Part shown: one piece after another, positions 21,201 to 31,944 of the stretch
Numbering within the stretch: position 1 is the first letter of the stretch
Layout: each line of letters begins with the position of its first letter
NCBI GenBank assembly: GCA_004431415.1
Contig: QPMI01000017.1
Span: forward strand, 248,001-312,000
Direction: 5' to 3'
Origin: Cyanophora paradoxa CCMP329
Lineage: Eukaryota > Plantae > Glaucophyta
DNA length: 64,000 bases
The notes under the pieces: generated by a model
What the model saw: only the letters and a program-made list of their open reading frames with translations
Database searches by the model: none
Told to the model about the DNA's origin: nothing
Program-made: the position numbers and the translations under genes

Positions 21201-22967
21201 CCGGGGGCCGGTAGGGTGCACGTGTGCATGGCGCTGGACCAGATCGCGGGGGCGCAGAACGCGCTGCTGCACGCGGCGGCGGCGCTGGCGCGGGGCGGCT
21301 GCGCGGCGCTCGCCTTCCTCCCCGCCGCCGGCCCCGCCTTCGGCGAAGTCGCCGTGCAGGACGCCGCCGAGGCCGACTTCGTCGAGCTCGAGGCCCGCCC
21401 CGCCCGCCCGCCCCGCTCCCGCACCGGCCCTCGCGGCTCAGGCCCGGGCAGGTGAGCGACGAGGTGGCGGAGGAGCACTCGGGGCCGGCGCTGGAGGCGG
21501 GGGCGGGGCGCGGGGAGCCCGTGTACGACTTTGCCCGCCTCGAGGCCGTCCTCGCCCAGGCGCGCCCGCTTCTCGCCCCTTAAGCTTAAGCTTCTTAAGC
21601 TCCGTGCTCACGACGGCCCCGGCCCCGCCCGCGCAGCGCGCGCTGGCGGGGCGGCGGCTGATGCGGATGGAGGGCGACCGCGCGGCCCTGCGCCCCTTCG
21701 TCTACCACCTCGAGCTCTTCCCTACGTGCGCCGCCCCCCGACCAGAACAGCGCGCCCGGGGCCTCTGACTCCACGCTGCGCGCGCCACGCCTGCAGGAGC
21801 GGGACGGTGCTGGAGGAGATTGGGGCGCGGGTGCGGCAGGAGGCGCTGCCCCCCGGGGCCGAGGCGGCCATCCGCGCCGACGCCGCCCTCGCCGGCCGCC
21901 TCGAGCGTGCCATGCAGGCCATGGAGGTCGTCCTCGGCACCGTGCGCCCCGCCCACCCCTCCCCGCGCGATCTCCGCCCCTCTCTGACCCGCGGGCGTGC
22001 GCGCAGCTGAACCGCGGGGCGCCGCGCTGGTCCGAGGACCTGGTGCGCATACGCCCCCCGCGACTCGATAGAGCCGCCTCCTCGCGCTCTGATCATGAGC
22101 CGACCCTGCCCCGTTTCGCGCCGCGGCAGCCGCTCTCGTCCTTCGGGGAGATCTTCGAGGGGGACTCGGCGGAGCGCTGGCTCCTCGCCCTGCCGGCCCT
22201 CCGGCCCCTCGCCCTCCGCCACGCCTGCGCCCTCTACGAGACCCTCGAGGGCGCCGCCTGCGAGGCCCGCCCGCCCCGCCCCCCCCCCCCCCCCCCCCCC
22301 CATTCTTCCTCGCTGACGCGGCGTGCGCAGGTCGTCGTCGAGTGCGCGGCGGAGCAGTTCCGCGCCCCGCTGCCCCCCGGCGCCGAGGCGCGCCTCGCCG
22401 CCGCCCTCGGCCTCGAGGGCGGGGCGGGGCGGGGGCCGGGGCCGGGGCCGGGGCGGGGGTGGCGCTGGAGGAGCTGCTGCTGGCGCTGCGGCGCTTCATC
22501 TACCGCTACCTCGCGGCCACGGGCGGGGACGCGGCGGCCGTCAGGCAGCCCCTCGCCTCCCACCTCGCCCGCGAGGACCTCTGGCGCCGCGCCAGCTCCA
22601 CGGGCCGCCCCGCCGCCTCCGCATCCGGTGGAGGGGCGCCGGCCCCCGAGGCGCTGGCGGCGTGCGTGGCGGAGAGCGTGACGTGCGCCCACGTCTACGC
22701 CCTCTACAAGGCCCTCCGCCGCATCTCCGACGCGCGCCCCCTTTGCTTCCCTTCCCCTCGCCCCGCTTTGGCCGAGGCCTGACGCCCCCGCAGCGGATCA
22801 CGTACGGCCTCCCCGCGCCCGCCGCCCTCGCCGCCGCCTCGAGCTCCGAGGGCCCTGCGGCCTCGGGGTCCGCGGCCGGCGCTGCGGCGCGCCTCTCCGC
22901 GGCGGCGGCGGGGCGCGGGGGCCCCCTGCTCGGGGCTCAAAAGCGTGGGAAGCGGAAGTACGCCTAG
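12223..22967 (+). pseudogene. RNF213-like: RNF213-like giant AAA+ / RZ-finger E3 ligase, 3' part; interrupted by the viral insertion and with two internal deletions
   Basis: VVTSEAAGLGKS, LHIDIG, FLDEINT, AACNPY, LVYRVHPLP, VWDFGSL, VSLRDV, GLRDYYSLVK, RNFGG, GSAFPDD, LYDMLNQHY, FLNRFEK, RZ finger NCGRPM..CP..C..GG.GH (~19965-20140). Many short introns; stop at 22967. Confidence 0.88.
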
Positions 22968-24450
22968 CCGGCACGTCAGCTCGCCGCCCACGGCCTGCCT
23001 GCCGCGTCCCCAGCCGCAGCCTCGAGCTCTTCTTGTCTTGCCTTTAATTCGCGATCGGTTTTTCTTTTTGGGGGCTGCAGCTGCGCCCCTCCTTTTTTGT
23101 CCACTCCAGCACCAGATTCAGTGTGCATCCCAAGTACTATCCACTTTAGTACTTCCCCACGTGTCACACACCCCGTGCGCTCGTCTAGCTCTAGCTAGAT
23201 AGATCTCGCGCACGCTTCGATGTCGGCTGCACCGAAACAAGACCCGTTTAGAGTCGAACCCCGAGCTCGAAAACAATATGAATGACGGGTACAGCAAGCG
23301 CTCAAGCGCCCCTCTTCCTCCTCAGGATGGTCTCCCGCGACGTGCGCCCGACCCGCCCAGCGGCGCGGCCGCCGACCCGCCCTCCTCACCCGTGACCCGC
23401 GCGCCCCGTCCCCGCAGGCCTACATGATGGTCGACTGGTTCAACCGCGTCGGCTACTAGTGGCCCGGCCGCGATTGTCGCGCCGGGGGTGCAAGGGGGGA
23501 ACCGGGATCTAATGAAAGAGTCGGACACCGTCACTACTTCCAGCTGGTTCAGCACCGCAGCACAAAACTTACCTCGGACAGACGGTACAGCACTGCCGTC
23601 GCCCGCCGCGCCTCCGCCCGTTGCGGATGCTCGAAGAGACATGTCGGTAGGTACAGTCTGCGGCGAGCACTTCGCACGCTCCACGCGCCGGTCGAACGAG
23701 AACTTGTCTGTGAAAAGCCGCTTGCAGGTGCTGCACGACATCTGATGCGAACGCACTGAGGAATAGCATGAAGGACAAGGCGCCAAACAGCGCACCGGTC
23801 TCCAACGTGGGCCGGGATGTTGGAAACTGAGCCGTTGCACTTCCTTGCTCACAGACGGTTCCGCTACGTATACTCGCAATTCGTCCGAAAGCGAGTTTGC
23901 AAAATCAGCGCGGAGGGCTGACTCAATTTCGCGGGATGCGCATTCGAATTCGCCGAGTCGGTGTCGCGGAAATCGGGAGCATGAGTTCGGCATTCAGAAT
24001 TCGGAATGCGGAAGTCGGGGCTTGAGTCAGCGTGATTGAGATCGTTTTCATTCGAAGACGACACACGATCAGCTGGCCCTGCATTGAAGCGCACGCGCTT
24101 CGAGGATCCGGAGGGTTTCTGCACGGCAAGTCAGCCATTGGGAGCAGTCCCTTTGTGCACGCTACATACCTGCTCTACGTGGTCTGACTGCGAAGACGGT
24201 GGCGCCTGCAATGATGGGTCGTTTACTTTGGAATGAATTCGGCAATCGCCGTGATCGAGCGCGAACAAACCTAGGCCTGCGTTCCAATGTCGCGAATTTG
24301 AACAGAGGAAGCTTGAGCGTTGCCCACTGCCACCGATTCAAGAGCCTGACACGTATACCCCGGCGTCAATTTATTGAAGGCACGCTGGGGAGGACACTAG
24401 TCGCGTCGTGATATCAGTCTGTTTTCCTGGATGGCAGAGCCGGCAATAGC

Positions 24451-25238
24451 TTTTTTTTTTGGAAAAGCCCCCGGGGGGCATATCAGTATATTTGTAACGC
24501 CAGCCCCGCGTATGTCCCGGCCCCGCGGGGGGGCCACAAAGGACGGACTGTGGACATGCTAAGGGTGCTGTGGAGCCTAAGAGCGAGTACTACAGTAGCT
24601 ACAAGTGGGTGCGGGCCACGAAGGTACAGCTGCGGGTGGGTGGATATGGAGGGGGGGAGGTGGTTGCGGTCGTGAGGTTAAAACGTTGCAGTGCTGAGGG
24701 AGGGGTGGACCTGGAAGGCCCCTAGGGGAAAGCTTAAGGGAGAGAGAGAGAAAAAAAGAACGAGAGAGGAGAGAGCAAGGCTGCGAGGAGAGAAAGAAGG
24801 CAGGGAGCGGAGCTGAAAGAGTACGCTAGTGTGAAGAGAATGGCTGCGGGGGCCGCGGGGAAGAGCTCCGGCCGTGGGGACGGGGGCCGCGGGGGCCGGG
24901 CGAGGCGTCGGCGGGCGGACACGGGGGGCGTGAGGGAGCGGACATGGGGGGGCGTCAGGAGGCAGCGGCAGGGCGCGCGGCGTGTGCGGCAGGGTGCGTG
25001 GTGGCGGCGGCGGGGCGCGGGGCGGCGGCGGGGGGGCGTGAGGGCGTCGCGTACCCTGCCCCGAGTCGCGGGGGGGGGGGGGGGGGGAGCTGGTGGAGGC
25101 AGGCTCGCCGAGGCGGCCGTGCCAGGCGGAGAAGCCTGTGACCAGCTACTCGAGGCGGCCGTCGTCAAGCTCGCCGAGGCGGCCGCGCCAGGCGAAGAAG
25201 CCTGTGACCAGCTACTCGAGGCGGCTGTCTTGGGTGCT
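24451..25238 (-). mobile_element. Non-autonomous non-LTR retro-insertion (SINE-like or 5'-truncated LINE)
   Basis: T10 at 24451-24460 next to a GCCCCC/GGGGGC palindrome; flanked by AGC(C/T)GGCAATAGC at 24438-24450 and 25239-25251 (13-bp TSD, one mismatch); internal 66-bp tandem duplication at 25103-25229. Confidence 0.65.
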
Positions 25239-25714
25239 AGCTGGCAATAGCTATATATATAGATATATAGTGCACCTGAGAATAGAACCGAGAGCCAGGA
25301 AACCCCGGGCTTAAGCTTCCCCGCCCGCCGCCCGGCGGCCGCCCTAGCCCTCGCCTGCCCGCCGGCGCCAGCCTGGTGCCGCCGCCCGCCTCGCCCCCCA
25401 CCCGCCCGCCTCGCCACCCCACCCGGACCCGGCCGCCTCGCCACCCCGGCCGCCTCGCCCGGCCGCAATATGTACAAGTACCCCCCTTGCACCTCCGCGC
25501 GCGGCCCGCACTTGCCGCACTTGCAGAGGGCCGGCCCGGCGGGCCGGGCGCGATCTGCTAGTAGTAGTAATACTAGGTCTTCGACTCGCCCCCTCCCCCT
25601 GCTCGTCTCAGGATGTGCAAGGTGGGGTCTAATCTACAGACTCTAGCTGAAAGACAGCATCTGAAGGTAAACGTAGCAGCTGAACGTTCGCTAGGCGTAG
25701 GGCTGGGCCGCCCG

Positions 25715-26175
25715 GCGGCGAGCCGCGCCGCCGCCCGCCGCCCCGCCGCCCCGCCCAGCGAGCCGCTCCGCCGCCCGCCGCATCCCCGCCCGGCCGCGAG
25801 CCTCGGAGCCTCGGAGCCGCGCCGCCGCTAGCCCCGCCTCCGCCCTGTCCCGCGAGCCGCGCCGCCGCCCGCCGCCTCTCCGCCCCGTCCCGCGAGCTCG
25901 AGCCGCGCCGCCGCCCGCCGCGCTTCCGCCCTGCCGGCGAGCCATGACGTCACCCGCCGCGCCTCTGGTTTCGCCGGCGAGCCGCGCCGCCGCCCGCCGC
26001 CTCTCCGCCCCGTCCCGCGAGCCGCGCCGCCACCCGCCGCCTCTCCGCGCCGTTCCGCGAGCCGCGCCGCCGCTAGCCCCGCCTCCGCCGCCGCCGGCGA
26101 GCCGCGCCGCCGCTCGCCGCATCTCCGCGCCGTCCCGCGAGCCGCGCCGCCGCCCGCGGCGCCTCCGCCCCTGCC
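25715..26175. repeat. Degenerate GC-rich minisatellite (~35-45 bp unit, core GCGAGCCGCGCCGCCGCCCGCCGCCTCTCCGCCCCGTCCC)
   Basis: About ten imperfect copies of GCGAGCCGCGCCGCC. Confidence 0.75.
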
Positions 26176-26378
26176 AGCGAGCCGTACGCGTGCCGTCGCC
26201 CGCCGCGCCTCCGCATTTCGACGACGGAAAAAAGACCGACTTGCGAACTGGCCGACTTGGACAGCGTGACAGACAATCCGACGGGTAGCAACTTACTAGC
26301 AAGGGGGGTTTGAGCAGCTGACCCCCCCTTGCAATAGTTTGCCAATAAACGTTAACTACTACTTAGTATTACAGTCAA

Positions 26379-26486
26379 GCGTCAGAAAAACGTCAGGCGC
26401 AAACCGGCTCCCTGGACTCAGGCGCAAACTGGCTCCCTGGGGCCTGGACTCCAGGGAGCCGGTTTGCGCTGACGTTTTTTTGACGC
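26379..26486. mobile_element. Tiny foldback/MITE with ~38-bp inverted repeats
   Basis: GCGTCAGAAAAACGTCAGGCGCAAACCGGCTCCCTGGA ... TCCAGGGAGCCGGTTTGCGCTGACGTTTTTTTGACGC; the same end recurs solo at 29548. Confidence 0.7.
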
Positions 26487-26590
26487 GTTTGTATAACTGT
26501 ATAACTAGTTTATAATACTACCTGTTCACTTCACTATAGTACCGGGGTACCACTGCCTATAGCTACCACATTAGTACCACTGCCTACGGG

Positions 26591-27130
26591 CAGGGTTGTA
26601 GAAATTTTAGTCGGCCAAAACGGGACCCAAAATTTCGCGAAATATTTCGGAAATATTTCCGAAATATTTCAGCGCCATACATAGTCCGAAATATTCGCAA
26701 AACATTGCATTCCGCCGCGTAAACACGCTCCAAAGGCCGCAAAACGTGTTAACAACATCATAAAGCATCGTATCTAACTCTTTGCGAGTGCTAGGGGTCT
26801 CGTGGCGACCAGGAAATGCGCCAGAAAGAAAGGGAGGTGAGGGGGGTACCCACCCTTCAACTCACGTCCTGGCCTCACTCCGATGTAAACCGTGCTGAAA
26901 AGCATGTACCACGAAGACTATGCTCTTTTTATACGATTTTGAACGTCATATAAGCCATCATAACCCCCCTACAGGGGGCGAAAAGGGGCTTTTCTTGATT
27001 AAATAATGATTAAAATATTATATAATATCCCGAAATTTTACCCCCTTCAAGGGCGGACCCGAAATTTTACCCAAAATTTCGGAATATTTCGGAAATATTT
27101 CGGCGCGAAATATTTCGGCTGACAACCCTG
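26591..27130. mobile_element. Non-autonomous hAT-type MITE
   Basis: TIR CAGGGTTGT/ACAACCCTG, perfect 8-bp TSD CCTACGGG (26583-26590, 27131-27138), subterminal GAAATATTTC arrays at both ends. Confidence 0.9.
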
Positions 27131-27270
27131 CCTACGGGCCTATAGCTACGGCAGCCTACCGTACCCTGTACCGTACCAGGCCAGGCTGGGAATTTGAAAC
27201 CCACTGGTAAGTTTTGAACACATTAGGACCAGTCCGAAGTAGGGCTGGGTCCAGTGAAACCAGTGGAGGG

Positions 27271-27425
27271 CTAGAGCTTCGGCTCGAGCGAGCCTGGCTC
27301 GAGCGAGCCCGGCTCGAGCCGACCTTTTCCCCGGCTCGAGCCGGCTCGTGGCGAGGGGCGGCTCGCTCGAGCCGGCGGCTCGAGCCGAGAGGGGAGGGCT
27401 GGCTCGAGCCAGGGGGGGCGAGCTA
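27271..27425. repeat. Array of palindromic GGCTCGAGC(C) motifs, likely transposon subterminal repeats
   Basis: About seven (G)GCTCGAGC copies in ~150 bp; no TSD identified. Confidence 0.55.
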
Positions 27426-27480
27426 GGTCGAGCAGGAGGGCCACTGGAGGCCCACTGGAGGCCCAGTGGAGGGTCGAGGG

Positions 27481-27982
27481 CAGTGATGGCATCATAATAC
27501 GTCCCCCAAAATCGTCATCATTATCATATCATTATCACTATCATGATGATCATTTTGATATCACAGGGAGGGGGTACGGCCGCGTGATCAGGAACCTCAG
27601 TGCTCTTTCTGCAGAGTAGAACGTAATGTTTTGGTGCGGAATCGTTTTCGCAAGCATAATGCTGCTGATATCAAGCATCTGGGGGGTTTAGATTAGAGGA
27701 GGTCATGAGATATCCAACCAGGTGGTCCACCCCGGGGTACATGTGCAGTACAGCAAGGGCGGCCAGGGGCTCTCCAGAGCCTCATATAGCGTTCTTAACA
27801 TCATAATAAGGTGTTTGGATGCGTTATAACACTACAAAGAGGACTTTAGGCGGAATAGGCGGGTTTAGGTGTCGTGATGTCACCATTATGATAAGCGTGA
27901 TAGGGGGGTGGTCCCGTATCATGATAAAATGATGTGATATCACATCATTATCATTTTTATCATTATCATGATGCCATCACTG
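27481..27982. mobile_element. Non-autonomous hAT-type MITE
   Basis: 15-bp TIR CAGTGATGGCATCAT/ATGATGCCATCACTG, perfect 8-bp TSD GTCGAGGG (27473-27480, 27983-27990), subterminal (T)ATCAT arrays. Confidence 0.9.
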
Positions 27983-28001
27983 GTCGAGGGTCCCACTGCA
28001 C

Positions 28002-28600
28002 CAGGGTTCGCCGCCCAAAAATTTTGGAAAAAGAATGCAAAAAGTTTTGCAAAACTTTTCAGAAAAGTTTTGGTCCCCGTTTCGGCCCTCCAAATTTTTG
28101 GAAAATTTTTGCACCCCACCCCCCCTCATCCTCCGAAATATATCGTTTGCGGCGGCTCAGGCGATGTTAAATGAAGATATAAACGACATAGAAGGCAATC
28201 TGAGGCCATTCTGAGCATGGAAGGCGAGTTCTTGAGCTTCTGGCTCCCGGAGTCCTGTTGGGGAGGGGGGTACTTGCATTGGCCTTGAAACACGAGCAGG
28301 CGGATTTCATGTGCAGATCATCGGATATATAGCATCTCTCGCAGGCCTCCAGCCTTCCTGGGGCTCCAGGCCATCTCCAGCCTTCCAAAAGGGTCATAAA
28401 CGACTCCGGATGACTTCTAGATACATTAGACATGCTCTTGCGACGTTTAGATAGTGTTCGCAGCGCCAAATTTTAAAGACGAGAGGAAAGTGCGTTTAAA
28501 CGTAATTAATGTGTATTTAATATAATAATACATTATAATACATTATAATGCCTCATTAAATAATGCCCGACCTCCCGTGTGCATTATAATGACAGCACTG
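28002..28600. mobile_element. Probable chimeric or truncated hAT-like MITE fragments
   Basis: Starts CAGGGTTCG with AAAATTTTG arrays and ends CAGCACTG with CATTATAAT arrays; ends do not match and there is no TSD. Confidence 0.4.
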
Positions 28601-28700
28601 CGTCGGACTCCGAAGTACGGCTGGTGCGAGCCCAAAGGGAAAGAAAAAAGCAAAATTCTGCCAGCAATTCAATAAATAACGCGAAAACAAAAGCCAGGCA

Positions 28701-29452
28701 GTTCCGCCTCTTTATCTTCAGCGACCGTCAGACCGTATAGTTTTTGGCAGCGAGTATTTTGTGTATGGTGACGTTCCTCGTGTGTACCCTTCTCTCTCTT
28801 CTACTTCGCTATATTTGCCTCTCCCGCCTGGTTCATGATCAGCCCCATCGTCTGCCTTCCCTGTCACTACTGGCTTGCGTTTCGCCCCTCCTCTTATACT
28901 GCCGATTCCGAGTCTGCACCCGAGCTCTGCCCCTTTCCTCGTGTCGTCCCCAGTTCCTCAGATTAGTCTTCAGCCGTCCATTGTTTTACCAACTCTACAA
29001 TCTCGATTCCGTTTAGACACTCCGCCAGCTTCGACTTTCCCCTCTAGTGGTGTCCTACGTTTCGCCTCTCCTACTGTTCTACCGCCTTTGCCTCCTGCGA
29101 CTACGTCTTCTAGTTCTGCTGTTAGCTCTGTCTTGTCGTCTTCGTCTAGATCTTCGTCTTCGACTGTAGTTCCTCGTGCTCGTTCTCCTTATTTGCTGCG
29201 TCCCCGTGCTCCTCGTCGTTCTAGTGTGACTAGTACTTCTGCGTCGACGCCCTTGAGCTCTTCTACTCCTTCTCCTCGTGCTCGTTCTCCTTATCTTTTG
29301 TGTTCTTCTGATCGTGTCCCTTCTCGTGATCCCTCTTGATTCTGTATATATTTTGTGCTAGTTTACTGTATCTTTGATTTGTGATTGCTTTGTTGTCTTT
29401 AATATCACTACCTACGGGGGGTTCGCCCCACCGTAGTCTCTCAAAAAAAAAA
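28701..29452 (+). mobile_element. Non-autonomous retro-insertion with 3' UUCG hairpin and A10 tail
   Basis: Strong C/T strand skew; CTACGG-GGGG-TTCG-CCCC-A-CCGTAG at 29412-29436 then A10 (29443-29452). The 5' end and TSD are uncertain. Confidence 0.5.
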
Positions 29453-29547
29453 CCAGCAAAGAAAAAAGCCCGAAAATTAAATAACGCGGCGCCGGCGCCA
29501 ATGCCGCGCCATACTGTGGCCCATACATATGCATATACATTGTAAAG

Positions 29548-29586
29548 GCGTCAAAAAAACGTCAGGCGCAAACCGGCTCCCTGGAG
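29548..29586 (+). repeat. Solo copy of the 26379 terminal repeat
   Basis: GCGTCAAAAAAACGTCAGGCGCAAACCGGCTCCCTGGA, near-identical to 26379-26416. Confidence 0.8.
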
Positions 29587-29715
29587 CCCGAGAGCCCGCG
29601 GCTGAAGGTTCCAAACGTTTAGTCGAGCGTCCCTGAGAGGCTGAGACGGTGAGACCCCGCGTCCCGGTCCTCCCGGAGTCCTTATCATAGTATGTTAATT
29701 AGGGTAATAGCCTAA

Positions 29716-30372
29716 TAGGGTTGCGCTTTGCTTTTACCGGTAACCGGAGCCTCCGGAGGTATTACCTTTACTCGGTAATACTCGTACCTTACTCGGACCC
29801 TAGCTGTCGGAGTAATACTCGAGTAAACAAGAGGGGGTACCGGTAGTAGGTCCGGTACATGTACAGCGCTGCAGGGGGCGGGGCATGCGCAGGCTCTAGC
29901 AGCGGGAAACGCAGTACTACGGTACTACGTATACTAGTTCGGCGCATAAATCGTTGCTCGGCTATATATCGATTGTAGCCGGCCTGCGCTATAGCTAGCT
30001 ATAGCTCACGTCGACGTCCGACGGTCGTAGGACATGCATATATATGCCTCCCGAGTCCGCCTCGAGCTCAGCTCGAACTCGCTGGGCCAGGCCCTGAGGG
30101 GGGCGGGGGGGAGGGGGGGCCCGGGGGATCCGGAGAGGGGTTTACTCGGTAATATACTCGGGGTAATACTTTCAGTACTTTCCATTAGTGAATTCGCACA
30201 CACCGAGACAATACGGCTAATGATAGAACTGAGGAGTCCGTAAAGTGTCAAGTCGAAAGATGAGCCTACTGGTTACGCCGGGTAGGGAACCTATCAGCAA
30301 TACTTTCAGTACTTTACCCTTACTCGGGCCCGGGCGGGGTATTACCGGAATACCGGAGTGAGCCCAACCCTA
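29716..30372. mobile_element. hAT-like MITE (older or rearranged)
   Basis: TAGGGTTGCGCT ... AGCCCAACCCTA (11/12 inverted match), subterminal TACTCGG/GTAATA arrays; no matching TSD. Confidence 0.5.
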
Positions 30373-31944
30373 CGCGTCCTGACTTCTGATCATGAGAGCC
30401 CGCGGCTGAAGCTCCTGGTAGGCACGAAAACGCACTGCGGGGCAGTGCGGGCCTGCGACCGCCGGCCGCGGGCCGGGCACCTTAAAAGCGGGAAGAGCCT
30501 CGAGGCGCAGCATTCCGCCTTCTCCACCAGCGCGCGCCGTCAATTGCAACGTCCGGCGACACACAGCTACATCGACCAGGTCTAGATTCTAGACGAGAAC
30601 GACCATGGATCGCGCACTGATCGGCACTCTGGGCGCAAGCGTGGCCTCTCACCAGGCCAGAGCGAAGAAAGAAGCGGGAATCGGAATGGGACTCGCCTCG
30701 ATTGGCCTCCGAAACACTGGCGCTAATTATTATAGTTATAAAGGGATGTCGCTCGACGACGACGCGCAGGTGCGCGCGCACCGTACCGCGCGCAGCGTTC
30801 CGCAGATCCAGACCATATGCGCGCATTCAAATAACCGGTTGCGCGCAGAAGGTGATCGTCGAAGAGGCCGAGCTCGAGGATGCCATTTCGGCCGCCGAGT
30901 ACGAGGCCGAGATGGAGGCCGAGACTGCGGTGCTCTCTTTTCCTGATTGCCCTCGAGTCCTTCCCTCTTCCCTGAATGTTTTCTAACTAGTACTTGTGTC
31001 ATGGTGTGTGCAGATGCTCGCCGGCGCGGACGGTCTTGAATTCGAGGTTGACGCTAGCATGCATATGGATTGCATATAACGCTTCCCCGTGCCCCACAAT
31101 ATCACTGCTTGAATTGTGCTTCAATGCAGAGTAATTCGTTCAAGCACGTCCTGCTTCAATATATACTATGATAGCTTCCCATCCAAATATGCTGGTCTGC
31201 ATGGGGCGCGCAGAGGAGGGCGGGGATCCGGAGGTCCGGAGGGGGGCCAGGGACACATATGCATGCGGGGGGAGAGGGCAGAGGCCTTCAAATCAAAGTG
31301 CAGCCGCTGAGCCCGCGGGGTTCAACAGTTCGCCCGCGATGGCGGTCCGACGGTCATCGAGGAGGCGGACAGCGCGCCGCCCACCAATTTTCAACCGCGA
31401 ACCCGGGACCGTCGGACCCGCCATCATGCATATGCACGCGTACGCTGCCCCGCTGCAGCAGCGCGTCCCGCCGCTTACTAAAAGTTAGCCTCGCGATCGT
31501 GCGGGGACAGCGCAAAGTGGTCAGCTTCCCGGCCCGGCCCGGCCCGGACAGTGGGCGCGGAAGTGGTAGCCTAGGTAGAACTTCTTAGAGTCGCCTTCAC
31601 TAGTACTGTACATGGCTCGTCACCATCGATACCATCAATCTGTATAACCGGTCAATTTAATGCAAATGTGATCATCATCGGATTGATCCTGAGTTCCCAT
31701 TTTGCGAGTTTAGCTCGATAAGCTTGAAGCTCCACTGTACTAGTGTACGTACTCGGCGTACATCGGTATCTATACAGCTGCCCGGCGGCAGGTACTTTGA
31801 ATGAAGAAGCAAATCATCCACAAAAAAAGCAAAAGCAAAGATCTAAATAAATGAAATATGACTGGCGACTGGTATTCGTGTCTGCTGAAGCCCTACAGCT
31901 CGGAGACTCGAAGGAATATTGCACATGTGCAGACGTCGACGCGC

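Noticed and set aside
25100-27430. CRISPR-like array
   Set aside because: Repeats are tandem or subterminal with no unique equal-length spacers; no cas genes; eukaryotic context.
29490-29519. CACAG-type (Transib-like) right end CATACTGTG
   Set aside because: No matching left end or TSD found.
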